Assembly (NCBI GenBank): GCA_963666735.1
Contig: OY762926.1
Coordinates: 3,744,001-3,808,000 of the forward strand
Source of the DNA: Gemmatimonadota bacterium
GTDB taxonomy: Bacteria; Gemmatimonadota; Gemmatimonadetes; Palauibacterales; Palauibacteraceae
Length of the DNA stretch: 64,000 bases
Direction: 5' to 3'
The notes under the pieces are model-generated. The model did no database searches. It worked only from the letters and a program-made list of their open reading frames with translations, and had not been told where the DNA came from. The translations under genes were made by a program, and so were the position numbers. Within the stretch, counting starts at the first letter, position 1. Each line of letters opens with the position of its first letter. Below are positions 1 to 9,253 of the stretch, piece after piece.

Positions 1-2
1 CG

Positions 3-1544
3 GCTGCGCTCCTTCTCCTGCTGGGCGTCGGGAGTGCTTCGGGCGCCTGCGGCGGTCCCCCGGAAGATCAGCCCGACCCCCTCGAAGGCCCGACCCTCGT
101 CTCCGGCTCGTCGCTCGACCGGTACGGACTTCTCGTCATTCCGCGCGCTGGCGGCGTCGCGCAGTTCCGTGCCATCGAGAGTCCGTCCACCGTGCGCTGG
201 ACCGGACGCCTTCCCCTTGACGGCGTCACGGCGGCCCATTCGCTCGGTTCGGCGGTCGTGCTGCGGCGGGGCCGGCAGCTTCGCCTCTACACGACCTCGC
301 CGGTCGAGGCCGAGACCCCGCTTCCCGACGCACCCGCCGACGGGCGCTGGATCGCCTCGCCCGCCGGGGGCGCCTTCGTGTCGCAGGATCGGATCCTCGC
401 CGTCACCTCCACGCGCGCCGCGGAGGTCACCGCCGATGGCGCCGTGCACTGGGCGGCCCCCGCCGCCGGAGACCGGGTCGTCGCCCTCGTCGAAGGCGCG
501 GACGGGCCCGAACTCGCGGTCTGGGAAGCCGGGGAATCGCGGCCCGCGACGACGCGGGCGGTCGGCACGAGAGGTCCCGTCACGCTCGCGGGCTGGGGTC
601 GAACGATCGTGACGGCGTCCGAGGATGGCCGGGGACTCACGGAGTGGTCGGTCCCCGACCTCGAACCGGCGGAAGGAGCGGAGATCGACGGCGCGCCGTC
701 CGCGCTGGCCATCTCCCCCTCCCAGCACCGCGTGTTCGCCGCGTCGGTCGACCGGCCGCGTTTCGTGGTGATCGATCGCTACGACTGGAGCGAAGTCGGA
801 TCCTCGCGACTGGAGGCGCCCTTCGAGACGTTGCGGCCCGGCATGACGGGTGGCCGGCTCGTGGCTTGGGATGGTTCGAACGCGTGGTCCGCGAGGGCGG
901 GAGAGATCGACTTGGACGCGGTGCCCGGAGAGTGGCGGGCGGACCTGCCGCTCGCGCTGCCGGGCGGGGCGATCCTGGTGTCCACGGCGAGCGGCCTCGG
1001 CCTCCTCCGCCCGGGCGGTGAAGTCGACGCCGTGGAGGGCTCCGCCGACGCGTGGTGGCTCCCGTTCCGGTGGGGGCGCCGCCTGCCCGTCGCGTCCGCC
1101 GCCATCGTGCCGGAGGACACGCTGGAAGATGCCGAAGAGGCGCTCGATGCGCTCGCCGACAGCGTTCCGCCCGGCCGCATCGGACTGTTGACCGTGGGGA
1201 GGGCGGGGAGGACGGGGAGGACGTCGAACCGGAGCCCGGAAACGTCCGATGATCCGGCGCCGGCTCCGCTGCCCGAGCTTCCCGGCGGCTTCTACGCCGT
1301 CGCGCTCTCTTCGCGGCAGTTGGCCGCGCTCGGACAGATGCGCCAACTCCTCGACCGCTCCGGCTATTCGACGCATGTGTTGCGCCGGATGGACGAGGCC
1401 AACGACATCTGGTATCGGCTTCTCGTGGGCCCGTATGCGACGCGCCCCGATGCCGAGGACGCCGCGCTGGAGTTGCGGCGAGAGAGGGGGATCGACGCGT
1501 GGGTTCACGAGGAGGGAGACCGAGCGGCGAGGCGAGGCCCATGA
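3..1544 (+). CDS. SPOR-domain lipoprotein with a probable beta-propeller-like N-terminal region (5' end outside the window)
   Basis: The frame is open from base 3: AALLLLLGVGSASGA-C-GG (hydrophobic stretch plus lipobox Cys). The C-terminal FYAVALSS...WYRLLVGPYATRPDAE is SPOR-like. Confidence 0.75.
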   Translation, partial: AALLLLLGVGSASGACGGPPEDQPDPLEGPTLVSGSSLDRYGLLVIPRAGGVAQFRAIESPSTVRWTGRLPLDGVTAAHSLGSAVVLRRGRQLRLYTTSPVEAETPLPDAPADGRWIASPAGGAFVSQDRILAVTSTRAAEVTADGAVHWAAPAAGDRVVALVEGADGPELAVWEAGESRPATTRAVGTRGPVTLAGWGRTIVTASEDGRGLTEWSVPDLEPAEGAEIDGAPSALAISPSQHRVFAASVDRPRFVVIDRYDWSEVGSSRLEAPFETLRPGMTGGRLVAWDGSNAWSARAGEIDLDAVPGEWRADLPLALPGGAILVSTASGLGLLRPGGEVDAVEGSADAWWLPFRWGRRLPVASAAIVPEDTLEDAEEALDALADSVPPGRIGLLTVGRAGRTGRTSNRSPETSDDPAPAPLPELPGGFYAVALSSRQLAALGQMRQLLDRSGYSTHVLRRMDEANDIWYRLLVGPYATRPDAEDAALELRRERGIDAWVHEEGDRAARRGP

Positions 1545-3118
1545 GCGCCGCCGATCCGAGACCGTTCACGTGGGAACTGCCCGGGGATGCGCGGATCGTG
1601 GCGCTCGTGTTCCAGGGTTCGGAAGCCGAGCGAAGCGCGACGGTCGTTGACGCGATCGCCACCTCCGTCGCCCGGCGGCGGGGACGGACGCTCGTCCTCA
1701 ACTCCGAGTCCGGGTCGTCGCCCCTCGACGAACTCGCCGGCGCGCCCGAACGGGCCGACTCCGGCGGAATGGCCGCGTTCCTCGCGGGCCAGTCCGGACT
1801 CGCCCGGGTCGCCGTGCGGCGCGCGGACTGTCCGTATGTGTACCTGCCGGCGGGACAGGTGCCGGAAGGCGTCGTCGGCCTGCTGGAGTCCCCCGCGCTC
1901 GGGCGCTTCGTTTCTCGCGTGAAGGAGGGGGGCGGGACGCTCTTTGTCGCCATGTCCGAGCACGGGCGGCCCCCCCCCGATCTGCTCGGTCTCCTGGACG
2001 GGTACATCGCCGTGGGAAGCGTCCCCCCCCCGGCGCGCGACCTGCGGTGCTACGGTCTCGTGCCCTTCGAGTCGAGCGCGGCCCCCGGGCCGACGCCCGT
2101 GGAGGACGCAGCCGCGCCTCAGCCGGAGCCCGAGCCTCAGCCGGAGCCCGAACCCCCGTCGGAGTCCGCCGAACCCGCGCCGGGGCCCGCGCTTCAGCCG
2201 GCCCTCGAGCCCGAGCCTGACGCGGCTCCGGCGCCCGCGGCGTCGGCGGTGTCGGCGGCGTCCGCAAGAGCCCGAGGCGGCCGCTCGCGAGCGGCGCTCG
2301 CCGCGGCGCTGGCCATCGCGGCGCTGGCGGTCGGCAACTGGTGGGCGTACAGGAACGGATGGCTCGACAGCGCGATCTCCCGCGTCGGGTCGATGATCGC
2401 GGCCGGGGAGGAGGCTCCGGCGGCTGCGGTGATGTCCGCCGAGGGTGGCCCGGCGGCCGAGGCTGGCTCAGTCGCCGAGGATGGCCGGCCCGCTGCGGAT
2501 CGCCTGGCCGCCGGCGAAGCGGGCACGCCGACGGATCCGCCGGACGTTGCCGAGCCAGCCTCCATCTGGCAGGCACCGGATGAAGCCGCGGTCGCCGCCG
2601 CGTTCGAGTCGGCTGCGGAGCGACCGTACTCCGTGCTCCTCGGGAGCTTCACGAGTCCGGTCGACGCGGCCGAGCGCATGGCGGAATTCCGTGCGCTCCA
2701 TGGAGGGACGCTGTACTTCATGGCTCCCACGACGATTCGGGACGGCCGGTATCAACGGATCCTCGCCGGGGCCGTCGCGAGCGAGACGGAGGCCTCCGCC
2801 CTCATGGACGAACTCGTGGCGGCCGGCGCCGCCGAGGAGGCCAATGCGTGGCTCCTCCGTCCCGTGAGATTCGCGTACGATCTCGGCGTGTTCACGGATC
2901 GCCCGCTCATGGAGGCGCGGATCGCCGAACTCGCCTCGCTCGGCGTCCCCGTGTACGGCCTGGAGACGACGCTCGACGGCACGCCGGTCTTCAGGGTGTA
3001 CGGGGGCGCGTACGAGGACGCGGAGGCTGCCGCGCCCATGAGCGATGTCCTGGAAGCCGCCGGCGAAAGCGCGCCGCTCATCGTGAGGCGCGGCGACGCC
3101 ATTCCTTCAACCCGCTGA
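1541..3118 (+). CDS. Membrane protein: degenerate MinD/ParA-like N-domain, Pro-rich linker, TM helix, two SPOR-like domains
   Basis: ATGA overlap with the upstream stop. RTLVLNSE/GMAAFLAG/YVYLPAG is MinD-like. TM AALAAALAIAALAVGNWWAY. SPOR-like PYSVLLGSF...QRILAGA and VFRVYGGAY. Confidence 0.7.
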   Translation: MSAADPRPFTWELPGDARIVALVFQGSEAERSATVVDAIATSVARRRGRTLVLNSESGSSPLDELAGAPERADSGGMAAFLAGQSGLARVAVRRADCPYVYLPAGQVPEGVVGLLESPALGRFVSRVKEGGGTLFVAMSEHGRPPPDLLGLLDGYIAVGSVPPPARDLRCYGLVPFESSAAPGPTPVEDAAAPQPEPEPQPEPEPPSESAEPAPGPALQPALEPEPDAAPAPAASAVSAASARARGGRSRAALAAALAIAALAVGNWWAYRNGWLDSAISRVGSMIAAGEEAPAAAVMSAEGGPAAEAGSVAEDGRPAADRLAAGEAGTPTDPPDVAEPASIWQAPDEAAVAAAFESAAERPYSVLLGSFTSPVDAAERMAEFRALHGGTLYFMAPTTIRDGRYQRILAGAVASETEASALMDELVAAGAAEEANAWLLRPVRFAYDLGVFTDRPLMEARIAELASLGVPVYGLETTLDGTPVFRVYGGAYEDAEAAAPMSDVLEAAGESAPLIVRRGDAIPSTR

Positions 3119-3124
3119 GCGCCT

Positions 3125-6100
3125 TTGAAGATCAAGGCCCTGACGCTGCGCGGATTCAAGTCGTTCGCCGACCGGACGCGGATCGAACTGCATCACGGCA
3201 TCACCGCCGTCGTCGGCCCCAACGGCTGCGGAAAATCGAACCTCTCCGATGCGCTGCGCTGGGTTCTGGGAGAACAACGCCCCACCGCCATCCGCGGGTC
3301 CCGCATGGAGGAGGCGATCTTCGGGGGGACGGAGGCGCGGCGGCCCATCCACCGGGCCGAAGTCCTGCTCGAAATCTCGAACGAGGACGGCGTGCTTCCG
3401 GTGCCCTACGCCGACGTCGCGATCGGCCGCACCGTCTACCGCGGAGGCGAGAGCGAATACACGCTCAACGGGACGGCTTGCCGGCTCAAGGACATCCTGG
3501 ACCTGTGCCGGGACACCGGGCTGGGCTCGAACGCCTACGCGATGATCGAGGGCCGCATGGTGGACGCGATCCTCTCGGACCGCGCCGAGGAGCGCCGGAC
3601 GCTGTTCGAGGAAGCGGCCGGAATCGGGCGCTACAAGGACCGCCGCAGGATCGCGACCCGCCGGATCGAGCAGGCGGACGGCGACCTGCAGCGGCTCGAG
3701 GACGTGCTGATCGAGGTGGGATCCAAGGTCCGCTCACTCGCGCAGCAGCGCGGGCGGGCGGAGCGCCATGCGAAGCTCCGGGCCCGGCTCCTGCAACTCG
3801 AGATCGCCGTCGCGGACGCCCGGCTCGAGGAGACGGCCGGGCGGCTGGCCGAAGCACGGGCGGAACTCGAACGCCTCGAGCCGGAAACCGGGTCGGACAC
3901 CGGGCCGGACCATGTGGATCTGCGCACGGCGGAGACCCGCGCGGAGACGCTGCGCCTGGAGTACACCGACATGGAGCGGGACCGGGCCGGCCTCGCCCGG
4001 CGCCTGGAGGAGGCCCGGCGCGCCGTGGAGGAGCAGGAGCGCACCCGTCTCCTGGCCGGGGAGCGAGGCTCGAACGCGCGTGATCGGCTGGGGACCCTGG
4101 AGGAGGAAGTGCGCCGGAACGAACGTCGGCGCGAGGACCTCCGGGAGCGCGTGGCGGAAGCACGGGCGGCCTTGAGGGAGGGACAGTCCCTCGCCGCCGA
4201 AGGCGCCGCCGCGGCGGCTCAGCTCGCGCTTCGAGCGGAGGCTCTGGCCGAGACGGCCCGCACCGCCGCGAGCGAGCGTGACGCCGCCCGGGAAGCGCTC
4301 GAGGACGCGCGCCGGGAGGTGGAGCGCTGGCGGCTCGAACTCAGCGTGAAGGAGGTAAGGGCCCGCGACCGCAGCGAGGAACTCAAGCGGCGCCGGCCGG
4401 CCCTCGACGCGCTCGCCGCCCAGGAGCATGGCCTCCGGACGGAGGCTGAGAGTGCGTCGGAACGCGAGGCGCAGGCGGGCCGGACGCTGGAGGCTGCGCG
4501 CGACCGGCTGCAGGCGGCGCGTGACACCGCGTCCTCCGCGGACGGGGCGCTGCGCCGAGCCCGCGAAGCAGCGGCCGACCTGGAGGGCCGCCTCGCCGCC
4601 GCGCGCGCCCGTGCTTCGAGTCTCGGGTCTCTGGTAGGGTCGAGCGCGCTGCTCCCGGAGGCCGTCGCCGAACTGCTGAAGGACCGGAACGCGATCCCCG
4701 GTCTCCACGGCGCGCTGTCGGAGTTCATGGAAGCTTCCGCCGACTGGGCATCCGCGGTCGAGTCTCATCTCGGCCCCTACCTGCACGGCGTCGTCGTGCG
4801 CGACTGGTCCGCGGTCCAGGCGGTCGAGGCATGGCTTGAACGGCGCGGCGGAGAGGGCGGCATCCTGGTGCTCCCGCTCGATCCCGGGCCGCTGCCGGGC
4901 CCCGCGGAGGCCGACGCGCCGCTCATGCGACACGTCGACGCCAAGGGTGCCGGTGCGGCCTGGGTGAAGGCGCTGCTGGCGGGCGTCGGGGTCCCCTCTG
5001 GCGGCGAACTCGCGCCGCGCCCGCACCCGTGGGTGGATGCCGGGGGGCGCCGACAGGATCGGTGGGGCGGCGTCTACGTGGGAGGCGCCGCTTCGGAGGG
5101 ACTCCTGAGCCGCCGGGCCGAACTTCGGACGCTGCGCGAGGAAGTGGCGGCGCTGGAAAAGGATCGCGCGCGCTCGCGAGAGGCGGTCGGGGAGTTCGTG
5201 GACGCCGCGGCGGACGCGTTCGCGCAGGTGAACGCGCTGCGGCGCTCGGTGTCCGATGCGGAGTCGACCCGCCGCGAAGCCGAAACCGACCGGACCTCCG
5301 CGGAGGCGCGGCTCGTCCGTCTTGACCAGGAGCGCAGCGAACTCGCCGGCCGCATCGAACAACTGGAAGCCTTCAGCGAAGATGAGGTGTCGCTCTCGGC
5401 GGACGACGACGCGCGCCGCGGCGAACTCGATGAGCGGGTCGCGCAGTTGTCCTCCACGTACGCGGACGCGCGAGAGAAGGCCGGCGTCGCCCGTGCCGCC
5501 GCCGACACCGGGAGGGCCGAACTCCACGAAGCGCAACTGGCGCAGGCGCGGCGGGAAGCCCAGGTCGAGAATCGACGCGGAGTGGAAAGCCGCCTCGCCG
5601 AGGCCGCGGGCGACGCGGAGGCGCGCTCGCGGACGCAGGCCCGGGAAGTGGACCGGCTCAACGCTCTGATCGCGGAGAGCAAGGCGCAGTCGGAGGAACT
5701 GGAGACGTCCATCGGCGCCGGGCTCGAAGCGAGAACGCGGTGTGAAGCGGATCTGGCGGCGCTGGAGCGCCGCATCGTCGAACGCCGCGGGCGACTGGAC
5801 AGACTCGAGTCGGAGCTGAGCGACGCGCGGCGCCTCGAGCGCGAGCGCGTGGATGCCCGGCATCGGCTCGAGCTGGAGATCACGCAACTGGAGGCGAGGG
5901 AGTTCGGGATTCGGGGCCGCGTGGAAGCGGAATGGGATGCGCCGCTCGCGGAACTCCGGGAACGCGCCGACCCCGTCGACGACGGGGCGCCCGCCGAATG
6001 GGAACCCGAACTGGAGCGCGTGCGGCGCTCGATCGCCCGCATCGGCCCGGTCAATCTCCTCGCGCAGCAGGAATACGAGGAAGAGCAGAAGCGTCTCGAC

Positions 6101-6652
6101 TTCCTGACGGAGCAGCGCGACGACCTGACCCGGGCGCGCGACGACCTCCGCACCTCGATCCGCCAGATCAACCGGCAGGCCACCTCCGCGCTCCTGGAGA
6201 CGTTCGAGCAGGTGAGGGCCAACTTCCACCGCACCTTCGACTCGCTGTTCGAGGGCGGGCAGTGCGACCTCCGGTTCGAGAATCCCGACGACGCCCTGGA
6301 CTCCCCGATCGAGATCTCGGCCAGCCCGCGCGGCAAGAAGACGCAGCGGATTCACCTGCTTTCCGGCGGTGAACGGGCCCTGACCGCGCTCGCCCTGCTG
6401 TTCGCCATCTATCTCGCGAAGCCGAGCCCGTTTTGTCTGCTGGACGAGGTGGACGCGCCGCTGGACGAAACGAACATCCTGCGGTTCGTCGGCATGCTGA
6501 AGGAATTCAAGGAGGAGACGCAGTTCATCGTCATCACCCACAATCCGCGAACCATCGAGAACGCGGACTGGATCTACGGCGTGACGATGCAGGAAGCCGG
6601 CGTCTCCTCGATCGTCGGCGTGGAGTTCAACTCCGCCACGCAGGTGGCGTGA
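3125..6652 (+). CDS. smc: Chromosome segregation protein SMC
   Basis: GFKSF, Walker A GPNGCGKS, long coiled coils, hinge, LSGGE signature, LDEVDAPLD; 1175 aa. Confidence 0.97.
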   Translation: MKIKALTLRGFKSFADRTRIELHHGITAVVGPNGCGKSNLSDALRWVLGEQRPTAIRGSRMEEAIFGGTEARRPIHRAEVLLEISNEDGVLPVPYADVAIGRTVYRGGESEYTLNGTACRLKDILDLCRDTGLGSNAYAMIEGRMVDAILSDRAEERRTLFEEAAGIGRYKDRRRIATRRIEQADGDLQRLEDVLIEVGSKVRSLAQQRGRAERHAKLRARLLQLEIAVADARLEETAGRLAEARAELERLEPETGSDTGPDHVDLRTAETRAETLRLEYTDMERDRAGLARRLEEARRAVEEQERTRLLAGERGSNARDRLGTLEEEVRRNERRREDLRERVAEARAALREGQSLAAEGAAAAAQLALRAEALAETARTAASERDAAREALEDARREVERWRLELSVKEVRARDRSEELKRRRPALDALAAQEHGLRTEAESASEREAQAGRTLEAARDRLQAARDTASSADGALRRAREAAADLEGRLAAARARASSLGSLVGSSALLPEAVAELLKDRNAIPGLHGALSEFMEASADWASAVESHLGPYLHGVVVRDWSAVQAVEAWLERRGGEGGILVLPLDPGPLPGPAEADAPLMRHVDAKGAGAAWVKALLAGVGVPSGGELAPRPHPWVDAGGRRQDRWGGVYVGGAASEGLLSRRAELRTLREEVAALEKDRARSREAVGEFVDAAADAFAQVNALRRSVSDAESTRREAETDRTSAEARLVRLDQERSELAGRIEQLEAFSEDEVSLSADDDARRGELDERVAQLSSTYADAREKAGVARAAADTGRAELHEAQLAQARREAQVENRRGVESRLAEAAGDAEARSRTQAREVDRLNALIAESKAQSEELETSIGAGLEARTRCEADLAALERRIVERRGRLDRLESELSDARRLERERVDARHRLELEITQLEAREFGIRGRVEAEWDAPLAELRERADPVDDGAPAEWEPELERVRRSIARIGPVNLLAQQEYEEEQKRLDFLTEQRDDLTRARDDLRTSIRQINRQATSALLETFEQVRANFHRTFDSLFEGGQCDLRFENPDDALDSPIEISASPRGKKTQRIHLLSGGERALTALALLFAIYLAKPSPFCLLDEVDAPLDETNILRFVGMLKEFKEETQFIVITHNPRTIENADWIYGVTMQEAGVSSIVGVEFNSATQVA

Positions 6653-7515
6653 GCGAGGCCGAACCCGCGGCACACGCGGCGGACGGTAAGGCGCCGGACG
6701 GGACCGGGGCGGACGAACTGATCGTCGTCGGGTGCGGCACCGTCGTCCCCGAAGCGGACCGGGCCGCCTCCTCCTACTGGGTCTCGTCCCCCGGCACGGG
6801 ATCCGCGGGGGGCACGCGCATCCTCTTCGACTGCGGTCCCGGAGCTCTCCAGGCGCTTGCCCGACTCGGCCTGCCCTGGGGGAAGATCACCGATCTCGCG
6901 ATCACCCACTTTCACGCCGATCACGTCGGCGCGCTTCCAGGGTTCTTCTTCGCGCTCAAACACGGTCTCGCCCGACCCCGCACACGACCGCTCACGGTGT
7001 GGGGCCCCCCGGGCACCCGCGGGTTCTTCGAGAAGCTGGCGGGCGCCTACGGCGACTTCGTCCTGGATCCGGGGTTCTCCGTCCTCATCGAGGAACTCCC
7101 GCCGGGCGCGTCCCGCGACCTGAGCGGAGGTCCGCGACTCGAAGCCCACAAGACACCGCACACGAAGGAGAGCGTCGCGTGGCGGCTTGAGGGCGGGGCG
7201 TTCAGCTTCGGTTACACCGGCGACACGGGGCCGTCCACTGGGCCGTCCACGGAACTGGGCTCGGTCATGCGCGGGGTGAGCGCCCTCGTCTGCGAGTGCT
7301 CGCTCCACGACTCGCAGGCGTCGCACAACCACCTTTCGCCCGCGCGCGTCGCCGAGTTGGCGACCTCCGCGGCTCCGCGCCTTCTTGTGCTCACACACAT
7401 CTACCCGCACTTCCGAATGGGCCACGATGTTTCCCGTCTCGTGGCCGAGGCCGGATACGCCGGCGATACCTGCGTCGCGAGGGAGGGACTCCGGGTCTCG
7501 TTGACGAACAGGTGA
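6649..7515 (+). CDS. MBL-fold metallo-hydrolase (RNase Z/BN-like)
   Basis: GTGA overlap with the smc stop; FDCG, THFHADH, YTGDT, LTHIY motifs. Confidence 0.85.
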   Translation: MSEAEPAAHAADGKAPDGTGADELIVVGCGTVVPEADRAASSYWVSSPGTGSAGGTRILFDCGPGALQALARLGLPWGKITDLAITHFHADHVGALPGFFFALKHGLARPRTRPLTVWGPPGTRGFFEKLAGAYGDFVLDPGFSVLIEELPPGASRDLSGGPRLEAHKTPHTKESVAWRLEGGAFSFGYTGDTGPSTGPSTELGSVMRGVSALVCECSLHDSQASHNHLSPARVAELATSAAPRLLVLTHIYPHFRMGHDVSRLVAEAGYAGDTCVAREGLRVSLTNR

Positions 7516-7579
7516 TGCCAGTGGAGTATCCTGCTCCGGGCGCGCGCACGACGGGCGAAAGACACTCACGGGGGGAACG

Positions 7580-8623
7580 ATGCTGGTGGTCATGAAGCAC
7601 GGCGCCACGGACGGGCAGGTCGAAGACGTGGTCCGCGCGATCGAGGATATGGGGTATCGGGCCCGGCCCATGCCGGGTGCCCAGCGCACGACCGTGGGCC
7701 TGGTCGGCAACGATGGAAGCGTCGAGGCGAGCCGGCTCGTGGGGATCGAGGGCGTGCTCCGAGTCATTCACGTGTCGCCGCCGTACAAGCAGGTGAGCCG
7801 GGAATGGTGCCCCGAGGACACGGTCATCGAACTGCCCAACGGCGTGCGGATCGGCGAGAAGGACGTCGCCGTCATGGCCGGCCCGTGCTCCGTGGAATCG
7901 CGCGAACAGATTCTGGAGACCGCGCACCGGGTCGCGGAAGCCGGGGCGACCGTCCTGCGCGGCGGAGCCTTCAAGCCGCGGACCTCGCCCTATTCCTTCC
8001 AGGGGCTGGGAGAAGAGGGGCTGGAGTTGCTCGCCCGCGCGCGGGAGGAAACGGGCCTCGCGATCATCACCGAGGCGCTGGACATGGACAGCATGGGCCT
8101 CGTCGCGGAATACACCGACATCATCCAGATCGGCGCGCGGAACATGCAGAACTACTCCCTGCTGCGGGCGGCGGGCCGGGTCGGCAAACCGGTTCTCCTC
8201 AAGCGGGGGATGGCCGCGACGATCAAGGAGTTGCTGCTCGCCGCGGAGTATATCGTCGCCGAGGGAGAGTCGCGCGTGATGCTGTGCGAGCGCGGCGTCC
8301 GCAACTTCGACACGCACGCGCGAAACCTCTTCGACCTCACCGCCATCGTGACGATCCACGAGTTGTCGCACCTCCCGATCGTCGCGGACCCCAGCCACGG
8401 CACGGGGGCCCGGTCGAAGGTAGGACCGATGGCCCGCGCCGCGGTTGCGGCGGGCGCGGACGCGCTCATCCTCGAGGTCCATCCCGATCCCGCGAAGGCG
8501 GCTTCGGACGGCCAGCAGTCTCTCACGCTCGAGCAGTTCGACGCGCTGATGGCTGAGCTCCACCCCATCGCGAACGCCATCGGCCGCCGGATCGCGCGTC
8601 CCCGCGTCCCCGCCCACGACTGA
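7580..8623 (+). CDS. aroF: DAHP synthase class I-beta with N-terminal regulatory domain
   Basis: [41 protein letters not shown] motifs. Confidence 0.95.
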   Translation: MLVVMKHGATDGQVEDVVRAIEDMGYRARPMPGAQRTTVGLVGNDGSVEASRLVGIEGVLRVIHVSPPYKQVSREWCPEDTVIELPNGVRIGEKDVAVMAGPCSVESREQILETAHRVAEAGATVLRGGAFKPRTSPYSFQGLGEEGLELLARAREETGLAIITEALDMDSMGLVAEYTDIIQIGARNMQNYSLLRAAGRVGKPVLLKRGMAATIKELLLAAEYIVAEGESRVMLCERGVRNFDTHARNLFDLTAIVTIHELSHLPIVADPSHGTGARSKVGPMARAAVAAGADALILEVHPDPAKAASDGQQSLTLEQFDALMAELHPIANAIGRRIARPRVPAHD

Positions 8624-9011
8624 CCGGACCCGGCGCGTCCAGCCCCGGACGAAGAGCGGCCTCGGCAGCCTCGGAGAGCGCATCGCCGCGCGCCACCTGG
8701 CGGACGCGGGATACGAAATCCTCGATCGAAACTGGCGCGTGGGGCGGCTGGAGATCGATCTGGTCGTCAGGGATGGAGACACGGTGGCCTTCGTCGAGGT
8801 GAAGACGCGCCGCTCCGGTGTGCAGGCGCCCGAGGAGGCGCTCTCCCGGGCCCAGCGGGGGAGAATCCGCCGCGCGGCCGGAGCGTGGCTCGGCCGGCAC
8901 CCCGCCGCCGCCACGGAGGCCCGCTTCGACCTCGTCGCCGTGGAGGTCGGCCGCCGCGGGACGTGCCGGGTTCAGCACATCCCGGAAGCCTTCTACGGCG
9001 ACGATGCATGA
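8616..9011 (+). CDS. yraN: YraN (UPF0102) family protein; start uncertain, probably non-canonical
   Basis: [31 protein letters not shown]...FVEVKTR...RFDLVAV. The conserved N-terminus lies upstream of the first GTG (8739). Confidence 0.88.
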   Translation, partial: TTDRTRRVQPRTKSGLGSLGERIAARHLADAGYEILDRNWRVGRLEIDLVVRDGDTVAFVEVKTRRSGVQAPEEALSRAQRGRIRRAAGAWLGRHPAAATEARFDLVAVEVGRRGTCRVQHIPEAFYGDDA

Positions 9012-9044
9012 CGGTTTTTTCTGGCCGCTGCCCCTGCGTGCCGA

Positions 9045-9050
9045 TAAGTT
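9045..9050 (+). promoter_or_regulatory. Putative -10 element for SRP RNA
   Basis: TAAGTT about 7 nt upstream of the predicted SRP RNA 5' end. Confidence 0.45.
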
Positions 9051-9057
9051 GAACAGT

Positions 9058-9153
9058 GCCCCAGGCCCGTGGGGCCGGAGCGCGTGAATCCCGTCAGGAC
9101 CGTGAAGGTAGCAGCGGTAAGCGTGTGACGGTCGCCACGGCCCGCCTGGGGTC
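9058..9153 (+). ncRNA. ffs: Small bacterial SRP RNA (4.5S)
   Basis: Conserved helix-8 motif TCAGG-ACC-GTGAA-GGT-AGCAG; terminal stem GCCCCAGGC/GCCTGGGGT; usual position upstream of dnaX-ybaB-recR. Confidence 0.93.
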
Positions 9154-9253
9154 GTTCGCCCGACGTCGTCGGCGTTCTCGCGTCGCGGGGCGCGGGCGCC
9201 CTCAGACCCGAAGGAGTCGAAGCCGGCCGGGACCGTGACCCCGGCCGACCCAG

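Noticed and set aside
2110..2230. PQPEPE and PAPAPA repeats in the SPOR, DnaX and ATPase linkers
   Set aside because: Ordinary low-complexity linkers
3734..6673. Very long antisense or alternate-frame ORFs (979 aa opposite smc; 905 aa at 22518-25235 and 49313-52030; many others)
   Set aside because: Expected shadows of high-GC3 coding sequence; Arg/Pro/Ala-rich or motif-less, and they overlap well-supported genes
7501..7532. TTGACG...TATCCT promoter for aroF
   Set aside because: The spacer is 20 nt, and the 17-nt alternative -10 (GAGTAT) is weak; not confident enough to call
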